A stretch of 64,000 bases of DNA, taken from IMG/VR virus record IMGVR_UViG_2974597119_000001, positions 1 through 64,000 of that record, one strand, 5' to 3'. The translations under genes and the position numbers were made by a program. Under the pieces are notes generated by a model, which saw only the letters and a list, made by a program, of their open reading frames with translations, was not told the origin of the DNA and made no database searches. Positions 1-10,037 of this stretch are shown here, piece after piece. Source of the DNA: a virus (taxonomy: Duplodnaviria > Caudoviricetes). The first letter of the stretch is position 1; each line of letters starts with the position of its first letter.

Positions 1-202
1 GCGAATTCTTCGGCGCCACGGTGGGCGGGATGATCACGCCGGAAACAAGGTCGTCGACGAACTTCTTGAGCCAAGCCGTCCGGTTGGCGAGGTTCAGGAG
101 CGGCGCGTTCGAGACTGCGCCGACGCCGCCGTCTACCGGGTCGGTGACCTCGAGCTGGTAGACGCCGGTGTCGTACTGGATGATTTCAGGTTGGAAAGCC
201 AC
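1..202 (-). CDS. Tail fibre protein, N-terminal part (runs off window start)
   Basis: GTG at 202 reads VAFQPEIIQYDTGVYQLEVTDPVDGGVGAVSNAPLLNLANRTAWLKK, the typical baseplate-attachment N-terminus of myovirus fibres; follows the baseplate genes. Confidence 0.8.
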   Translation of the reverse strand, partial: MAFQPEIIQYDTGVYQLEVTDPVDGGVGAVSNAPLLNLANRTAWLKKFVDDLVSGVIIPPTVAPKNS

Positions 203-209
203 AGGCGCC

Positions 210-662
210 TCAGAAATTGATGGTCCAGGTGCCGGCGAACGTCAGGTCCGATTCTTTGTTCAGCGGCGCCGAGCGCACCTTGCGCGCGTAGAGCATGTTG
301 CCGGCGGTCAGCAGGCCGAATTCGGAGATCGCCATGCCGTTGGCCTCGGCCGTGCCGAGCGAGAACGCGAACCGGACCTGGTTCGTCGCCGGATAGGACA
401 CGGTGTCGATCAGCTTGACGAAGGCGCCAGTGAGCGCGGTGTTGCCGCCGGTCGGCGGCGCCGGGTTGGTGCCGAAGCCGATCTGCGTCACGCTGCGGTT
501 CGTCACGTCGCCGCCCAGCAGGCGGGCATGGATCAGCTTGGAGTTGTCGACGATCAGGTTCTTCTCGTCGATCACCTCGATCAGCTTGCCGCGCCGATAG
601 ATGTGCAGCAGGAAATCACCGGTAGGCGGCCGGCCGTAAGTGTCTTGCAGGATAAGGCTCAC
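210..662 (-). CDS. Baseplate/tail-fibre attachment protein
   Basis: 150 aa, NLIV...EANGMAISEFGL...W-x-I-x-F signature; GGAGG SD; lies between baseplate wedge and fibre. Confidence 0.7.
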   Translation of the reverse strand: MSLILQDTYGRPPTGDFLLHIYRRGKLIEVIDEKNLIVDNSKLIHARLLGGDVTNRSVTQIGFGTNPAPPTGGNTALTGAFVKLIDTVSYPATNQVRFAFSLGTAEANGMAISEFGLLTAGNMLYARKVRSAPLNKESDLTFAGTWTINF

Positions 663-667
663 GCATA

Positions 668-702
668 CCTCCGTCAGATACGGAGGATTATTGCGTCACG
701 AC
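668..702 (-). promoter_or_regulatory. Late-type promoter (GTCGTGAC-GC-AATAAT) overlapping an SD-sequestering hairpin
   Basis: Motif at 687-702; hairpin CCTCCGT/ACGGAGG at 668-686 contains the GGAGG SD. Confidence 0.65.
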
Positions 703-706
703 CTTC

Positions 707-1816
707 TCACACGGGCTCTGTGATGACCTGCCCGCCCACGCGGAAGATGACGCCGTTGTAACGGCGGATCCCGTTGTACCGATAGTCGTAGGTGATCACG
801 AGCTCGGCGTCGTCCGTCGCGCCGGCGAAGGAGTCGGACAGGGCCCCGAAGGTCGACGTGATCGTGAACTGCGGATCGTCCGGCGCCGTCAGCGTGTCCT
901 CGAGCGCGGCCGCCGCCGACCAGGGGATCGCCCCGGCGTCGTTCGGCGGCGTGAACGTGTCCATCATGTCCGAGCCGCGCAGCAGCAGTGAACGCAGATG
1001 CGTCCCCGCATCGCGCAGCCGGCCGATTAGCTCGCGCACGATCTGCGCGAACTGCACGATGTCGCCGCCGTTCTCGAAATTGTAGCCGTACTCGACATCG
1101 AACAGCCCGTAGATGGGCGCCCGGCTGGCGTTGTAGTAGTAGACGCTGTTGCGGGTGATGACGCCGTTGTACAGCGGGAACACGTCGCCATAGACCGTCA
1201 CGTCGGTGACCTTGGCGTTCTGTCCCGTGAAAATCTTGATCGCCGCTTCCATGGCGACGTTGTTGCCGCGCGGGCGCAGCACCTCGGCGATGATGCGCGG
1301 GCCGTAGCTGGCGTCGTTCTCGCCCTGGATGCGCGGCACCGCGTAGTAGCCGCCGATCTCGTCCAGCCACTCGTTCTGCGCGGTCTTGGTGCTCATCTGC
1401 TTGAGCATTTCGCCGATCTGCACCTCGGCCTGCTGGAGCTCGACCGCCTGGGCCTCCATGTAGGCCCACAGCACGCTCGTGTAGCCGTAGAGGTGGTCGC
1501 CGTTCGAGCTCGCGATGTCGTTCGAGCCGTCCATCAGGACGCGCGCGGACAGCAGCGACAGCTCGGAATAGTCGCCGTATGGCAGCGAGTAGCCCGGCTG
1601 CTCGGCAAGATGGTTGTAGAGCTGGCCCAGGGTGTACTGGGTCAGGTCGACCGTCAGATTGCTGCCGGGGCCGCCGGTCACTGTCGTGGTCAGCACCGCG
1701 TCGGTGATGCGCCACGTCATGCCCCCGTCGTACTGCAGGCGCAGCGCGAGGAACTTGCCCGGATCCTTGTCAAAGACCCGGTGCAGGAGCGAGAGCAGTT
1801 TCTGAGTGAGCCGCAT
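707..1816 (-). CDS. Baseplate wedge subunit (gpI-like)
   Basis: Likely start MRLTQKLL at 1816; WLDEIGGYYAVPRIQGENDASY resembles the gpI/tail_P2_I LD..G...R..GE.D..Y motif; directly after baseplate J. Confidence 0.7.
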   Translation of the reverse strand: MRLTQKLLSLLHRVFDKDPGKFLALRLQYDGGMTWRITDAVLTTTVTGGPGSNLTVDLTQYTLGQLYNHLAEQPGYSLPYGDYSELSLLSARVLMDGSNDIASSNGDHLYGYTSVLWAYMEAQAVELQQAEVQIGEMLKQMSTKTAQNEWLDEIGGYYAVPRIQGENDASYGPRIIAEVLRPRGNNVAMEAAIKIFTGQNAKVTDVTVYGDVFPLYNGVITRNSVYYYNASRAPIYGLFDVEYGYNFENGGDIVQFAQIVRELIGRLRDAGTHLRSLLLRGSDMMDTFTPPNDAGAIPWSAAAALEDTLTAPDDPQFTITSTFGALSDSFAGATDDAELVITYDYRYNGIRRYNGVIFRVGGQVITEPV

Positions 1817-1818
1817 GG

Positions 1819-2937
1819 TCAGGTGATCGTGATGGCGCCCGGCATGAGCTTGGTTTTCTTGTCGACCGTCGTGTCGGCCGTCGGCGCGCTGGGCACGAAG
1901 TTGTAGACGCCTTCGATGTCCATGATGATCGCGATGATCTCCGACAGGATCGCCGGGGCGCCGATCTCGAGGCCCTGGATATAGGCGTAGACCGCCTCGG
2001 TCGCCTGCGTCACCAGGGTCGGTTTGTCGTACCCCGGCAGCGCGGTCAGATCGCCGATCACGTCGACCGTCTGCTCGACGGCGGCGTACACCTCGACCTT
2101 GACGCCGGCGGCCTTCCAGCCCGGCACGGCCTTGCCGCTGGAGTCGTAGTAGCCGTAGATCACCTCGCGCGCTCGGTTTACCAGGACGCTCGAGGTGCTG
2201 CCGACGCCGTTGTGGATGTAGCACTCGACCAGCGAGATCGGCATGCTGGAGTCGATATCCTTCCACGGCTCAACGATGGAGGCCGAAACCACGCGCTCGG
2301 TCACGTTGCCCGAGGCGTCGGTCAGGGACGTGGTTTTCAGGCCATACTCCAGCGCCGCGACCGTGCCACGGTTCAGCGACTGGACGAAGGCGCGGAATCG
2401 GAGCTTGCGGTCATCCTCGGTCTCAGCGTCCGTCCCGTTCGACCACGGCGAGAGGTTCGTCGCGCTGACAAAGCCAGTCGGCGCGGGCGACAGGGTGAAT
2501 TGCGTTCCCGCCGCCACATTGCCGGCGGCGCCGGCCGTGGCCGCCGTCACCAGCACGTCAGCGAACGTGTCGCCGGCCGGGATGATCACGTCCTGGTTGA
2601 CGGTATAGTCGATGTCGCCGTTCAGGTAGCTGACCGTCGTGCCGGACGAGATCAGGACATCCGAGGCATTCGAGGCAATCGTGACCCGCACCATTCCGGT
2701 CGCTGGCAGCGCCGGAAGGGCGTCGAAGTCGAACGAGAAATAGGTCGCAGCCGGGATCGCCTCTTTCAGCCCGTTGTGCATCTGCTGATAGAGCTCGTCG
2801 ATCTCCGACGCGGGTGCCTCGACGACGGTGCGCACGACGCTGCCGACGTTGAAGTCGGTGACCTTGCTTTGCGTCGACTTCATCCAGTTGATCATCGACG
2901 CGACAATCGAGGTGAAGTCCTTGATCTGAAATGCCAT
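1819..2937 (-). CDS. Baseplate J/gp47-like wedge protein
   Basis: TDFNVGSVVRT, AGAAGNV and NGTDAETEDDRKLR motifs. Confidence 0.9.
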   Translation of the reverse strand: MAFQIKDFTSIVASMINWMKSTQSKVTDFNVGSVVRTVVEAPASEIDELYQQMHNGLKEAIPAATYFSFDFDALPALPATGMVRVTIASNASDVLISSGTTVSYLNGDIDYTVNQDVIIPAGDTFADVLVTAATAGAAGNVAAGTQFTLSPAPTGFVSATNLSPWSNGTDAETEDDRKLRFRAFVQSLNRGTVAALEYGLKTTSLTDASGNVTERVVSASIVEPWKDIDSSMPISLVECYIHNGVGSTSSVLVNRAREVIYGYYDSSGKAVPGWKAAGVKVEVYAAVEQTVDVIGDLTALPGYDKPTLVTQATEAVYAYIQGLEIGAPAILSEIIAIIMDIEGVYNFVPSAPTADTTVDKKTKLMPGAITIT

Positions 2938-2946
2938 ATGTTGCCC

Positions 2947-3564
2947 TTACGGATTCGCCTCGATCTGAGCCGGCTGGCCGGATACCGGCTCGACCTTCAC
3001 GCCCACGTTCACCACGTCGCCAATCACCTCTGCCGTCGCGCTCACCACGCGGCGCACGCGCGGATCGGCCAGGACGGCGGACCGCGTGTACTGGGCGGCG
3101 AGCAGCGACGCGGTGGGCCCGTTCACGGCGCCAAGCAGCCGGCGCGTGCGGTTGCCGTAGTCCATGTGGTGGATCAGCTCGCCGGTTTCGGTCTCGACGC
3201 GGTTCCGGATCGCCTGCGTGAAGTTCTCCCGGCCGGCCGCCACCAGGAAGTCACCGCCGTCGACCGCCAGCATGCCGTTCTCGAGGCGAATGTCCCGCTG
3301 GAACACCTCCTGCGGGTCCGTCGACGTGGTGACCGCTGGGGCCGGCGCCGGTACCAGCAGCAGCTCGCCGGTCAGGATGACGCCGGGCTTCACCTGCGCC
3401 GGATCGTCGGTGATATACGGCGGAACCAGTTTGTTGAAGGCGATGAGCTCGTGCCAGCGGCCGGCATCGCCGAGCGTCCGCGCGGCAATCGCCTTGAGGG
3501 TGTCGCCGCGCCGGGTCTCCTCGAACCGGAAACCGTACATCGGCCGGGAAAATGGCGTCGTCAT
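2947..3564 (-). CDS. LysM-like + gp25/gpW-like baseplate protein
   Basis: N-terminal GDTLKAIAARTLGDAGRW (LysM-like); C-terminal QAIRNRVETETGEL..H.DYG..ADPRV (gp25-like). Confidence 0.75.
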   Translation of the reverse strand: MTTPFSRPMYGFRFEETRRGDTLKAIAARTLGDAGRWHELIAFNKLVPPYITDDPAQVKPGVILTGELLLVPAPAPAVTTSTDPQEVFQRDIRLENGMLAVDGGDFLVAAGRENFTQAIRNRVETETGELIHHMDYGNRTRRLLGAVNGPTASLLAAQYTRSAVLADPRVRRVVSATAEVIGDVVNVGVKVEPVSGQPAQIEANP

Positions 3565-4718
3565 ACTGCCACCGCCATGCCGTCTGCCACGCTGCGCACG
3601 GCGCTGTAGAGGGCCACCGGCGACATCCGCGCCAGCACCGGGTCATTCGCCGCGAGCGTCCGCAGGCTCGACTGCGCGCTTTCGGTCAGCGTCACCGGCA
3701 GCGGCCCGCTCGTCGGAACCACCGAGTAGAACGGGTTCTGGCCCGCCAGGACGCTGATCGGCCGGCCGCCGCTCGTCGACGAGCAGTTGGAGGCGCCGAA
3801 CAGCGGCGAGTAATCCTCGTAGTAGATTTGCTGGTTCAGCGCGTTGCGCAGCACGCAGAAGATGTTCGTGTAGGCCCCGGCCACCTGCATCAAGCGGGCC
3901 CTGACTTGCGACGGGATGTTCGCGATGGCCGCCGCCGTCCGGAAAATGTTGATGCCGGCCTGGGCCGTCATGCGAGCGACGCTGATCAGCGACCCAGCGA
4001 TGCCGTCGGCCGCCGAGATCGCGCCGCGCACGGCGCCATAGAGGCGCGCCGTCTGCTGCATGAACGTGCGGACCGGCGCGACAATCGTGCGGTCGACCCA
4101 CTGGTGGACATTGTTGATCGCCGACGTGATCTCGTTGATCGAGGCAGTCAGGCTGTCGAGGCCGGCGGCCTCGAGCACGTCGGCGTTCAGCAGGCCGCCC
4201 AGGGCGCCGAAAAGGCCGCCGGCGCCAACGTCGTCGCCCAGGACCGTCATGTTGATCTGGTACTGGGACAGGAGAGGCCGGGACCGGGATCGGCGCAGGG
4301 TGAACGACATCGGCGCGACCACGACGGTGAAATTGTCGAGCGCATCCGCGAACACCAGCTTGACCCGATCCGGGTCCATGCCGGCCTGCACGGCGGCCGC
4401 GCGGCGCTCGTGCCACTGCACATAGACCTGATCGTAGAGCTGCTGGAACCGCGCCGCGCCGTCGCCGCTGCCGAACGTCGGCCGCCAGCCCGTGTGGCCG
4501 CTGATCTGGATCGTCGGCACGCCGGGCCCGAAATTGTCGGCCCAGGCACCGCCGAGGGTCTGCTGGACGTTCAGGCGCGACGGGTCGTTGCGCGTCAAAT
4601 CCTCCGGCCGGATGACCAGATCGACGCTGGCAGGTGCGCCGCCCGTAGCTTGATCGTCCAGGAGGAAGCTGATCGGGCGAGCGTCGGCCTTCTGGCTCGA
4701 TGGGGCGCTCGTGAACAT
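3561..4718 (-). CDS. Tail tube initiator / baseplate-associated protein
   Basis: VQQTLGGAWADNFGPGVPTIQISGHTG and F.LRRSRSRPLL..Y.I motifs; located in the baseplate cluster. Confidence 0.55.
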   Translation of the reverse strand: MFTSAPSSQKADARPISFLLDDQATGGAPASVDLVIRPEDLTRNDPSRLNVQQTLGGAWADNFGPGVPTIQISGHTGWRPTFGSGDGAARFQQLYDQVYVQWHERRAAAVQAGMDPDRVKLVFADALDNFTVVVAPMSFTLRRSRSRPLLSQYQINMTVLGDDVGAGGLFGALGGLLNADVLEAAGLDSLTASINEITSAINNVHQWVDRTIVAPVRTFMQQTARLYGAVRGAISAADGIAGSLISVARMTAQAGINIFRTAAAIANIPSQVRARLMQVAGAYTNIFCVLRNALNQQIYYEDYSPLFGASNCSSTSGGRPISVLAGQNPFYSVVPTSGPLPVTLTESAQSSLRTLAANDPVLARMSPVALYSAVRSVADGMAVAV

Positions 4719-4740
4719 TGGCCCATTGTCGTGTCACGAC
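4719..4740 (-). promoter_or_regulatory. Late-type promoter, leaderless (GTCGTGAC-AC-GACAAT-6nt-ATG)
   Basis: Recurrent motif; ATG 4718 at predicted +1, no SD. Confidence 0.75.
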
Positions 4741-4760
4741 AACAGGCCAGACCTGTGCGG

Positions 4761-5615
4761 TTACGGCACCGAATTCGACGTGCGGCCGCCGATGCCCTTC
4801 TCGGTGTGGCCGTGGCCCTTGAGCGAGATGTCGTCGGCCTGCACATCGCCGCCGATGACCTGCACCGACCCCTTGATGGTCGAGGTCGCGCCGCCACCAC
4901 CGCCCTCGCCGTCCACATTCATGATTCCGGTGACGGACTGGTTGCCGGTCATGGTCGTTTGCGGCGTGTCGTTCGTCACGCTGGGCGCCTTGATCGTCGC
5001 GGCGCCGCCGGATTCCATGGTGTAGGTGCCGCCGACCTTGTGCAGGAAATCGCCGTCGTGCTCGAGCGTGACGTTTCCGCTCGGGTCAACGTGCAGCGTG
5101 GCGACCGGCGCGCCGGCATTCGCCAGCACGAGTTTCACATGAGGCGCGGTACCGGTGTTCTTGGTGATCTTCCAATTGCCGTCGGCATCCTTCCCGGTCA
5201 GATCCTCGTGATCCGGCGACGTGCCGATGCGCAGATAGGTGCCGCTCGGGTGATAGAGCTCGGTGTTCCCCTGCGCGTCCGTCGTCGTGTACACGTCCGA
5301 CGAATGCCGGTTGATGCGGCGCCCGAGCTCGTTGAACAGCATCTGGCAAATCTGCGGGAACCGAAAGCCGATGACGACCGGGAACTGTTCAAAGAATGCC
5401 ACGCCAGCCAGCACGTCGCGGTCGCGGGATTTCGTCAGGCTCCAGTCGCCGCCGCCGGATGGCTGGGCCATGTCGTTGTAGCCGGTGTTCGAGCTCGCGA
5501 ACGGCGTCAGCACCTGCACGCCGGCGAGCCGCGAGCCGTCGTCGGTCATCACGAGATCGACCGAATAATCCTCCGGATGGATGGCCTCGACGCGGCCCCA
5601 GCGCAAACTAGCCAT
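4761..5615 (-). CDS. Baseplate central spike (gpV/gp5-like)
   Basis: N-terminal OB-like region, beta-helix repeats, C-terminal ISLKGHGH metal-binding tip. Confidence 0.85.
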   Translation of the reverse strand: MASLRWGRVEAIHPEDYSVDLVMTDDGSRLAGVQVLTPFASSNTGYNDMAQPSGGGDWSLTKSRDRDVLAGVAFFEQFPVVIGFRFPQICQMLFNELGRRINRHSSDVYTTTDAQGNTELYHPSGTYLRIGTSPDHEDLTGKDADGNWKITKNTGTAPHVKLVLANAGAPVATLHVDPSGNVTLEHDGDFLHKVGGTYTMESGGAATIKAPSVTNDTPQTTMTGNQSVTGIMNVDGEGGGGGATSTIKGSVQVIGGDVQADDISLKGHGHTEKGIGGRTSNSVP

Positions 5616-7113
5616 TCAGCGTCCCCAGCAATTCGGACAGGTACGGGCTGTCGGATCCGCCGCCGCGCTTGGCGCGTTCGACGAAGCCCATGCCGCGCTC
5701 GACAGTCAGCGTCGAGAAAAACCCGTTGAACGGGATGTAGTCGTGGTCGACCTGCACCACGTAGTAGAGGGCATTGAACGTGCCGCGCTTGATCCGCACG
5801 TAACAGCCGGCCCTGATTTGCTCATTGCCGCGCACGCGCATGGTTCCGCTCTCGAGGACCACGTTGTCCTTGTTCTGCTCGACCATGATGCGGCGCCGGT
5901 CGGCGATCCAGCTCGCCATGCCGCTGTCGCGCTTCCGGCTGTCCGCCGCCTTCTGGCCGCTGTTGAATGTCGTCACGTCGTCGCCGCCCATCTCGGTCTG
6001 CCCGTACATGACGCGCAGGCCGTAGAGCGAGGTCTTGGTGTTCGGATAGTCCTCGAGCAGCACCGTTTTCTTGTCGGCGCCCTGGATCGCGAACAGCCTC
6101 ATGGTGATGTCGCCGACCATCTCGAAGCGCGGCGCCCGCACCCAGTAGAAGTTCGCCACGTTGGTGTCGGAGCGCGAGACGGACATGCTGAGCACGTCGA
6201 CATCCGGCAGGTCGACAATCGTCGGCTCCGGCGCATCGTCCTGGATCGGCTTTCCGTCGACGCTCTGCGCCGGGTTCGGCCGGTAGACGCAGAAAACACC
6301 GTCCTCGCGGTCCTCCAGGTAGAGCTCGTTCCAGATGCCCACGTCGGTGTACGTGCGCATCAGGTCGTAGATCGTGCCCTCCTGGTTCTGCGGGCCCGTG
6401 ATGCTGGTCGTGCCGTGCTGGGCCGAGATGTCGAGCTGGATTTCCGTCGGGTTCGGCGAATTCTCCGGCATCAGCTTCTTGAGGTACGGATTGACGACCT
6501 TCTGGATCATCTGCGTGACGAACTCGCCCCCCTTCATGGCGGTCTGGAAACCGACGCCGAAGCGCTCGAACAGCTTGAAGTTCGATAGGATGTCCTGGCC
6601 GATCACGTAGCCCGGCAGATACAGGATCTGGAGCATCTGCCAGAGCTTGCCGTAATCCTGGCCGTTGATGACGACGGAGCGCTGCGGCTTGCCGTCGGCG
6701 CCCATCGTCTCGTTCCGGTCGACCTTCGACACGAAGCCGCGCATGACAATCGGCGGCCGCGTCGGATCGTCATCGGCGCCGGCGGCGAGGTTGCCGATCA
6801 GGTCGGGCGGAGAATGGCGCACGCGGATCTCGATGAAATCCATCGGCTCGATCACGCCGTACAGCGTCTCGAACGTATCGATCCCCTTGTACGGCTTGTC
6901 GCCGACCGTGATGGAAAACCCGCCGGCGGCCTCGCGGACAGACTTCGACGTGCGCAGGCCGCTCGACTCGCTCAGGAACGGCGTCAGGTCGATCTTCTGG
7001 TCGATCCCCTGGAAGCGGGCCGAGACCGGCGTATCCTCGTCGAGCGTGGTGCGCTTGATCGTCTTGTAGAGCGTGACCCGCAGGTCCGGCTGGTAGACTT
7101 TGACGCTGGTCAT
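5608..7113 (-). CDS. Baseplate hub protein
   Basis: 501 aa between tape measure and spike; GQDYGK, GTMRVRGNEQIRAG and YYVVQVDH...TLTVERG motifs of gp27/gp44-like hubs. Confidence 0.75.
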   Translation of the reverse strand: MTSVKVYQPDLRVTLYKTIKRTTLDEDTPVSARFQGIDQKIDLTPFLSESSGLRTSKSVREAAGGFSITVGDKPYKGIDTFETLYGVIEPMDFIEIRVRHSPPDLIGNLAAGADDDPTRPPIVMRGFVSKVDRNETMGADGKPQRSVVINGQDYGKLWQMLQILYLPGYVIGQDILSNFKLFERFGVGFQTAMKGGEFVTQMIQKVVNPYLKKLMPENSPNPTEIQLDISAQHGTTSITGPQNQEGTIYDLMRTYTDVGIWNELYLEDREDGVFCVYRPNPAQSVDGKPIQDDAPEPTIVDLPDVDVLSMSVSRSDTNVANFYWVRAPRFEMVGDITMRLFAIQGADKKTVLLEDYPNTKTSLYGLRVMYGQTEMGGDDVTTFNSGQKAADSRKRDSGMASWIADRRRIMVEQNKDNVVLESGTMRVRGNEQIRAGCYVRIKRGTFNALYYVVQVDHDYIPFNGFFSTLTVERGMGFVERAKRGGGSDSPYLSELLGTLNG

Positions 7114-10037
7114 TACTTGGCGCCGAAAGCGGTCGGCGCGCCGACCTGCTTGTTGATCTGCACCGGCGCGGCCGCCGGCGTCCCGTCGGGCTTGTTCAGC
7201 GTGAACGTGCCTTCAACTGCAATGCGCTGCGTTTGATCCTGGCCGGCCGCCGGCTTGGCACCATCCGGCAGCGCCGTGCTGTACATGCCGCGCTTCGACA
7301 TGATTTTGGGGACATACTCAGAGGTCTCGCGGTTGCCCCACTTGCCCATGTCCCAGCCGCCATTGTACGCGCGCAGCGCATCCTCGACGTTGCCGAACCG
7401 CGCCAAGTTCTCGCGCATGAGCTCGCGCTGGATCAGCACGGCGTCGCGCGGATCATCCGGGTTCAGCTTGCGGCCGAAGCGCTCCTCGAGCGAGCGCAGC
7501 GTCTCCGGCATGACCTGGGCCAGCCCCATCGCGCCGGCACCGCTGCGCGCGGTCGGATTCCAACTGCTTTCCTGGTCCATCTGCGCGGCCGACGTGCCGG
7601 ACGGCAGGCCGAGCCGCCGGTCCGTCTCGGCGAGCTGGGCCATCAACCAGGAATCGCCTTTCAGGTTTCCGGCCGTGCCCGGGCCGCCGGTGATGTTGTC
7701 GGGCGTCACGCCGACCGGGACGGCCACGGTAGGTTTGGTGCCGGGCGAATTGCTCGCGTAGGCTTTGCTGGTCAGGTCGCGCAGGTCTTTCTTGAGCCGC
7801 GCATCCTCATCGCCCAGGGCCTTCTCGCGTTCGGCGGCGATATCGCGGACGCGCTGCTCGGCCGCAACCCTATCGTCCATCAGCTTCTTGAGCTCGGCGC
7901 GCGCCGCCTCTTGCTGCTCCGGAGGCATATCGGCGCCGTTTTGGCGGAACGCTTCCCACGCCGTTTGGTGACGCGCGCGCGCGTCCTGCACCTCTTTACC
8001 GGCCGCCTTGATCCTGTCCTCGTACTGGACGCCGATGGACTCCTTGCGCTCGCGCGACTCGGCCTCGAGCATCGCCTTTTGGATGCCCATCGGGCCGACC
8101 TTGCCCTTGTCGCCGGCGAGATAGAGGATGCCGGCGCGCATGTCGGTGAACAGCGGCACCAGCTTGCCGGCGAGCTCCTGCTGCAGGTTCAGCATGCCAA
8201 CCGTCGCGCGGCGGGTCTCGCTGCCGTCGGTCTTTTCCTGCTCGCGCGAGGCCGTGAGCTGGGTCAGCACGTCGCGCAGGTCGTCGTCGTTGCCGCTCGC
8301 CAGGGCGATGCGCAGGCGCTTCTCCTCCTCGGCGTTCAGCGCGTCGGCACCAGTCCGCGAGCGCAGGCTTTGTGCCTGGGCCTCGAGCACGTCGCGGCCG
8401 CCGCTGTTGATGCGCGCCAGGGACTCGATGCCGGTCGCCGATAGCTTGCTCAGGTCGAAACCGCCGCGCTGCAGGCGCTCGGCGATGCCGCCGAGGTTGT
8501 CGGGCGTCTGGAGCGCCAGCGCCATCGCCTGATTCGTGTTGATGCCGAAGAAATTCGACATCGCGTTCGCCATCAGCTCCGGCCGGCCGGCGTAGACCTT
8601 GTGGAACTGCTGCATCAGCATCTGCAGGTTGGTCGACGACGAGCCGGCGGCCGTGCCAGGGCTCGCCATGCCGAAGCGCTCGGCGTAGCGCGCGTACAGC
8701 GAGCCAGAGCCGAACGTGGCGGCGCCGGTCCCGAACGCGCCCTGCTCCTGCAGGATCTGCGTCTGGATCGGGTCCAGGCCGAGCCGGCGGCCGAGCGCCA
8801 TATAAAGGAAGTTCTGGCCGGCCTCGCCGGCGCTGCCGCCACCGGTGATGGCCGAGTTGACGCGGGACAGCAGGTTCGCCGAGCCGGCAGGGTCCAGGCC
8901 CGGCGTGCGCGAGCCGATCAGCCCCGACAGCATGCCGGCGTAGCCGGCGGAGTTGCCCGAGACCAGCCCCATGCGCGTCTGCTGCGCCGTGTAGGACGCG
9001 ATGGCCTGCAGCATCTCGTCGGCCTTTGAGAACGCGCCGGACTTGCCGATGCTCTCGCCGATCAGGAGCGCCAGCCGGCGGCTATCCCGTTCGTTGCCGG
9101 TGACCTGGAACTGGCGCATCTGCGCGAAGAACGCATTGCCCGCGCTGGGGTCCAGGCCGAAGGAGCGCCCGAAGCCGCCGCCGATCTGAACCTCGCCGGC
9201 CAGCGTCTTGTACTGGCCCGGCGCCATGCCGGAAATCTTCGCGAACTCGGTGCCGAGCTTCTGCCCTTCCTCGAACGTCACGTCGATGGACTTCGACGCC
9301 TCGCGCAGCGTTTCCTTGAGGACGCCGAAGCTGACATTCACGTCGCCCAGGGTCCGTTTGAGCGTGTCGTACTGGATGAATTCGCGCTGGGCGTCGTTGA
9401 CCTTGCCCATGACTGCGCCGATGGCCTTGCCGATGCCGAGCGCCACGATCCCGCCGACCAGCCCGGCGAGACCTGCCATCGCGCCGCCGGTCAGGCCGGC
9501 CGACAGCGCGTTGTCCGCGACGCCGCCAACCGGCCCGGCCGAACGCAGGCCCGACGAAACGATCCGCCGGCCAGCGTTGCCCCAGCCGCCGCCGGCGCCG
9601 GGGCCTGGATGCTGGGGCGCGCCGCCGCCACCACCGCCACCGGGCGTCGGCGCAGGAGCTGGCGGCGGGGCCGGCATGCCGCTGAACCCACCAGCCACGC
9701 CAGACGAGACGTACTCGAATGCGCGTCGCATTCGGCGCGCGCGCTCGGCCGGGTTGTCGTACATCCGGGCCCAGTCGATATCGAAGAACCCGGCGCCGCC
9801 CTGCCCGGTCGCCTTGAGGCGCTGGTTGAAGCCGCCGGATATCTTTTTCAGGCTCTCGAACTGCGCCTGGAGCTGGCGCATGTTGTCCAGCGTCGCCTTG
9901 TCGATGGGCTGGTATTTCAGCTTGTTCGCCTGCGCGACGGCCGCGCCCATCTTGTTCACCTGCTGGGTGAACGTCTGGATGGCGCGCTCGACATCAGCGG
10001 CATCGAACTGCGCTTCGACCGGGATCTGGATGCCCAT
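7113..10037 (-). CDS. Tape measure protein with C-terminal lytic transglycosylase (SLT) domain
   Basis: 974 aa Ala/Gly-rich helical; QESSWNPTARSGAGAMGLAQVMP...ALRAYNGG...ETSEYV. Confidence 0.9.
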   Translation of the reverse strand: MGIQIPVEAQFDAADVERAIQTFTQQVNKMGAAVAQANKLKYQPIDKATLDNMRQLQAQFESLKKISGGFNQRLKATGQGGAGFFDIDWARMYDNPAERARRMRRAFEYVSSGVAGGFSGMPAPPPAPAPTPGGGGGGGAPQHPGPGAGGGWGNAGRRIVSSGLRSAGPVGGVADNALSAGLTGGAMAGLAGLVGGIVALGIGKAIGAVMGKVNDAQREFIQYDTLKRTLGDVNVSFGVLKETLREASKSIDVTFEEGQKLGTEFAKISGMAPGQYKTLAGEVQIGGGFGRSFGLDPSAGNAFFAQMRQFQVTGNERDSRRLALLIGESIGKSGAFSKADEMLQAIASYTAQQTRMGLVSGNSAGYAGMLSGLIGSRTPGLDPAGSANLLSRVNSAITGGGSAGEAGQNFLYMALGRRLGLDPIQTQILQEQGAFGTGAATFGSGSLYARYAERFGMASPGTAAGSSSTNLQMLMQQFHKVYAGRPELMANAMSNFFGINTNQAMALALQTPDNLGGIAERLQRGGFDLSKLSATGIESLARINSGGRDVLEAQAQSLRSRTGADALNAEEEKRLRIALASGNDDDLRDVLTQLTASREQEKTDGSETRRATVGMLNLQQELAGKLVPLFTDMRAGILYLAGDKGKVGPMGIQKAMLEAESRERKESIGVQYEDRIKAAGKEVQDARARHQTAWEAFRQNGADMPPEQQEAARAELKKLMDDRVAAEQRVRDIAAEREKALGDEDARLKKDLRDLTSKAYASNSPGTKPTVAVPVGVTPDNITGGPGTAGNLKGDSWLMAQLAETDRRLGLPSGTSAAQMDQESSWNPTARSGAGAMGLAQVMPETLRSLEERFGRKLNPDDPRDAVLIQRELMRENLARFGNVEDALRAYNGGWDMGKWGNRETSEYVPKIMSKRGMYSTALPDGAKPAAGQDQTQRIAVEGTFTLNKPDGTPAAAPVQINKQVGAPTAFGAK

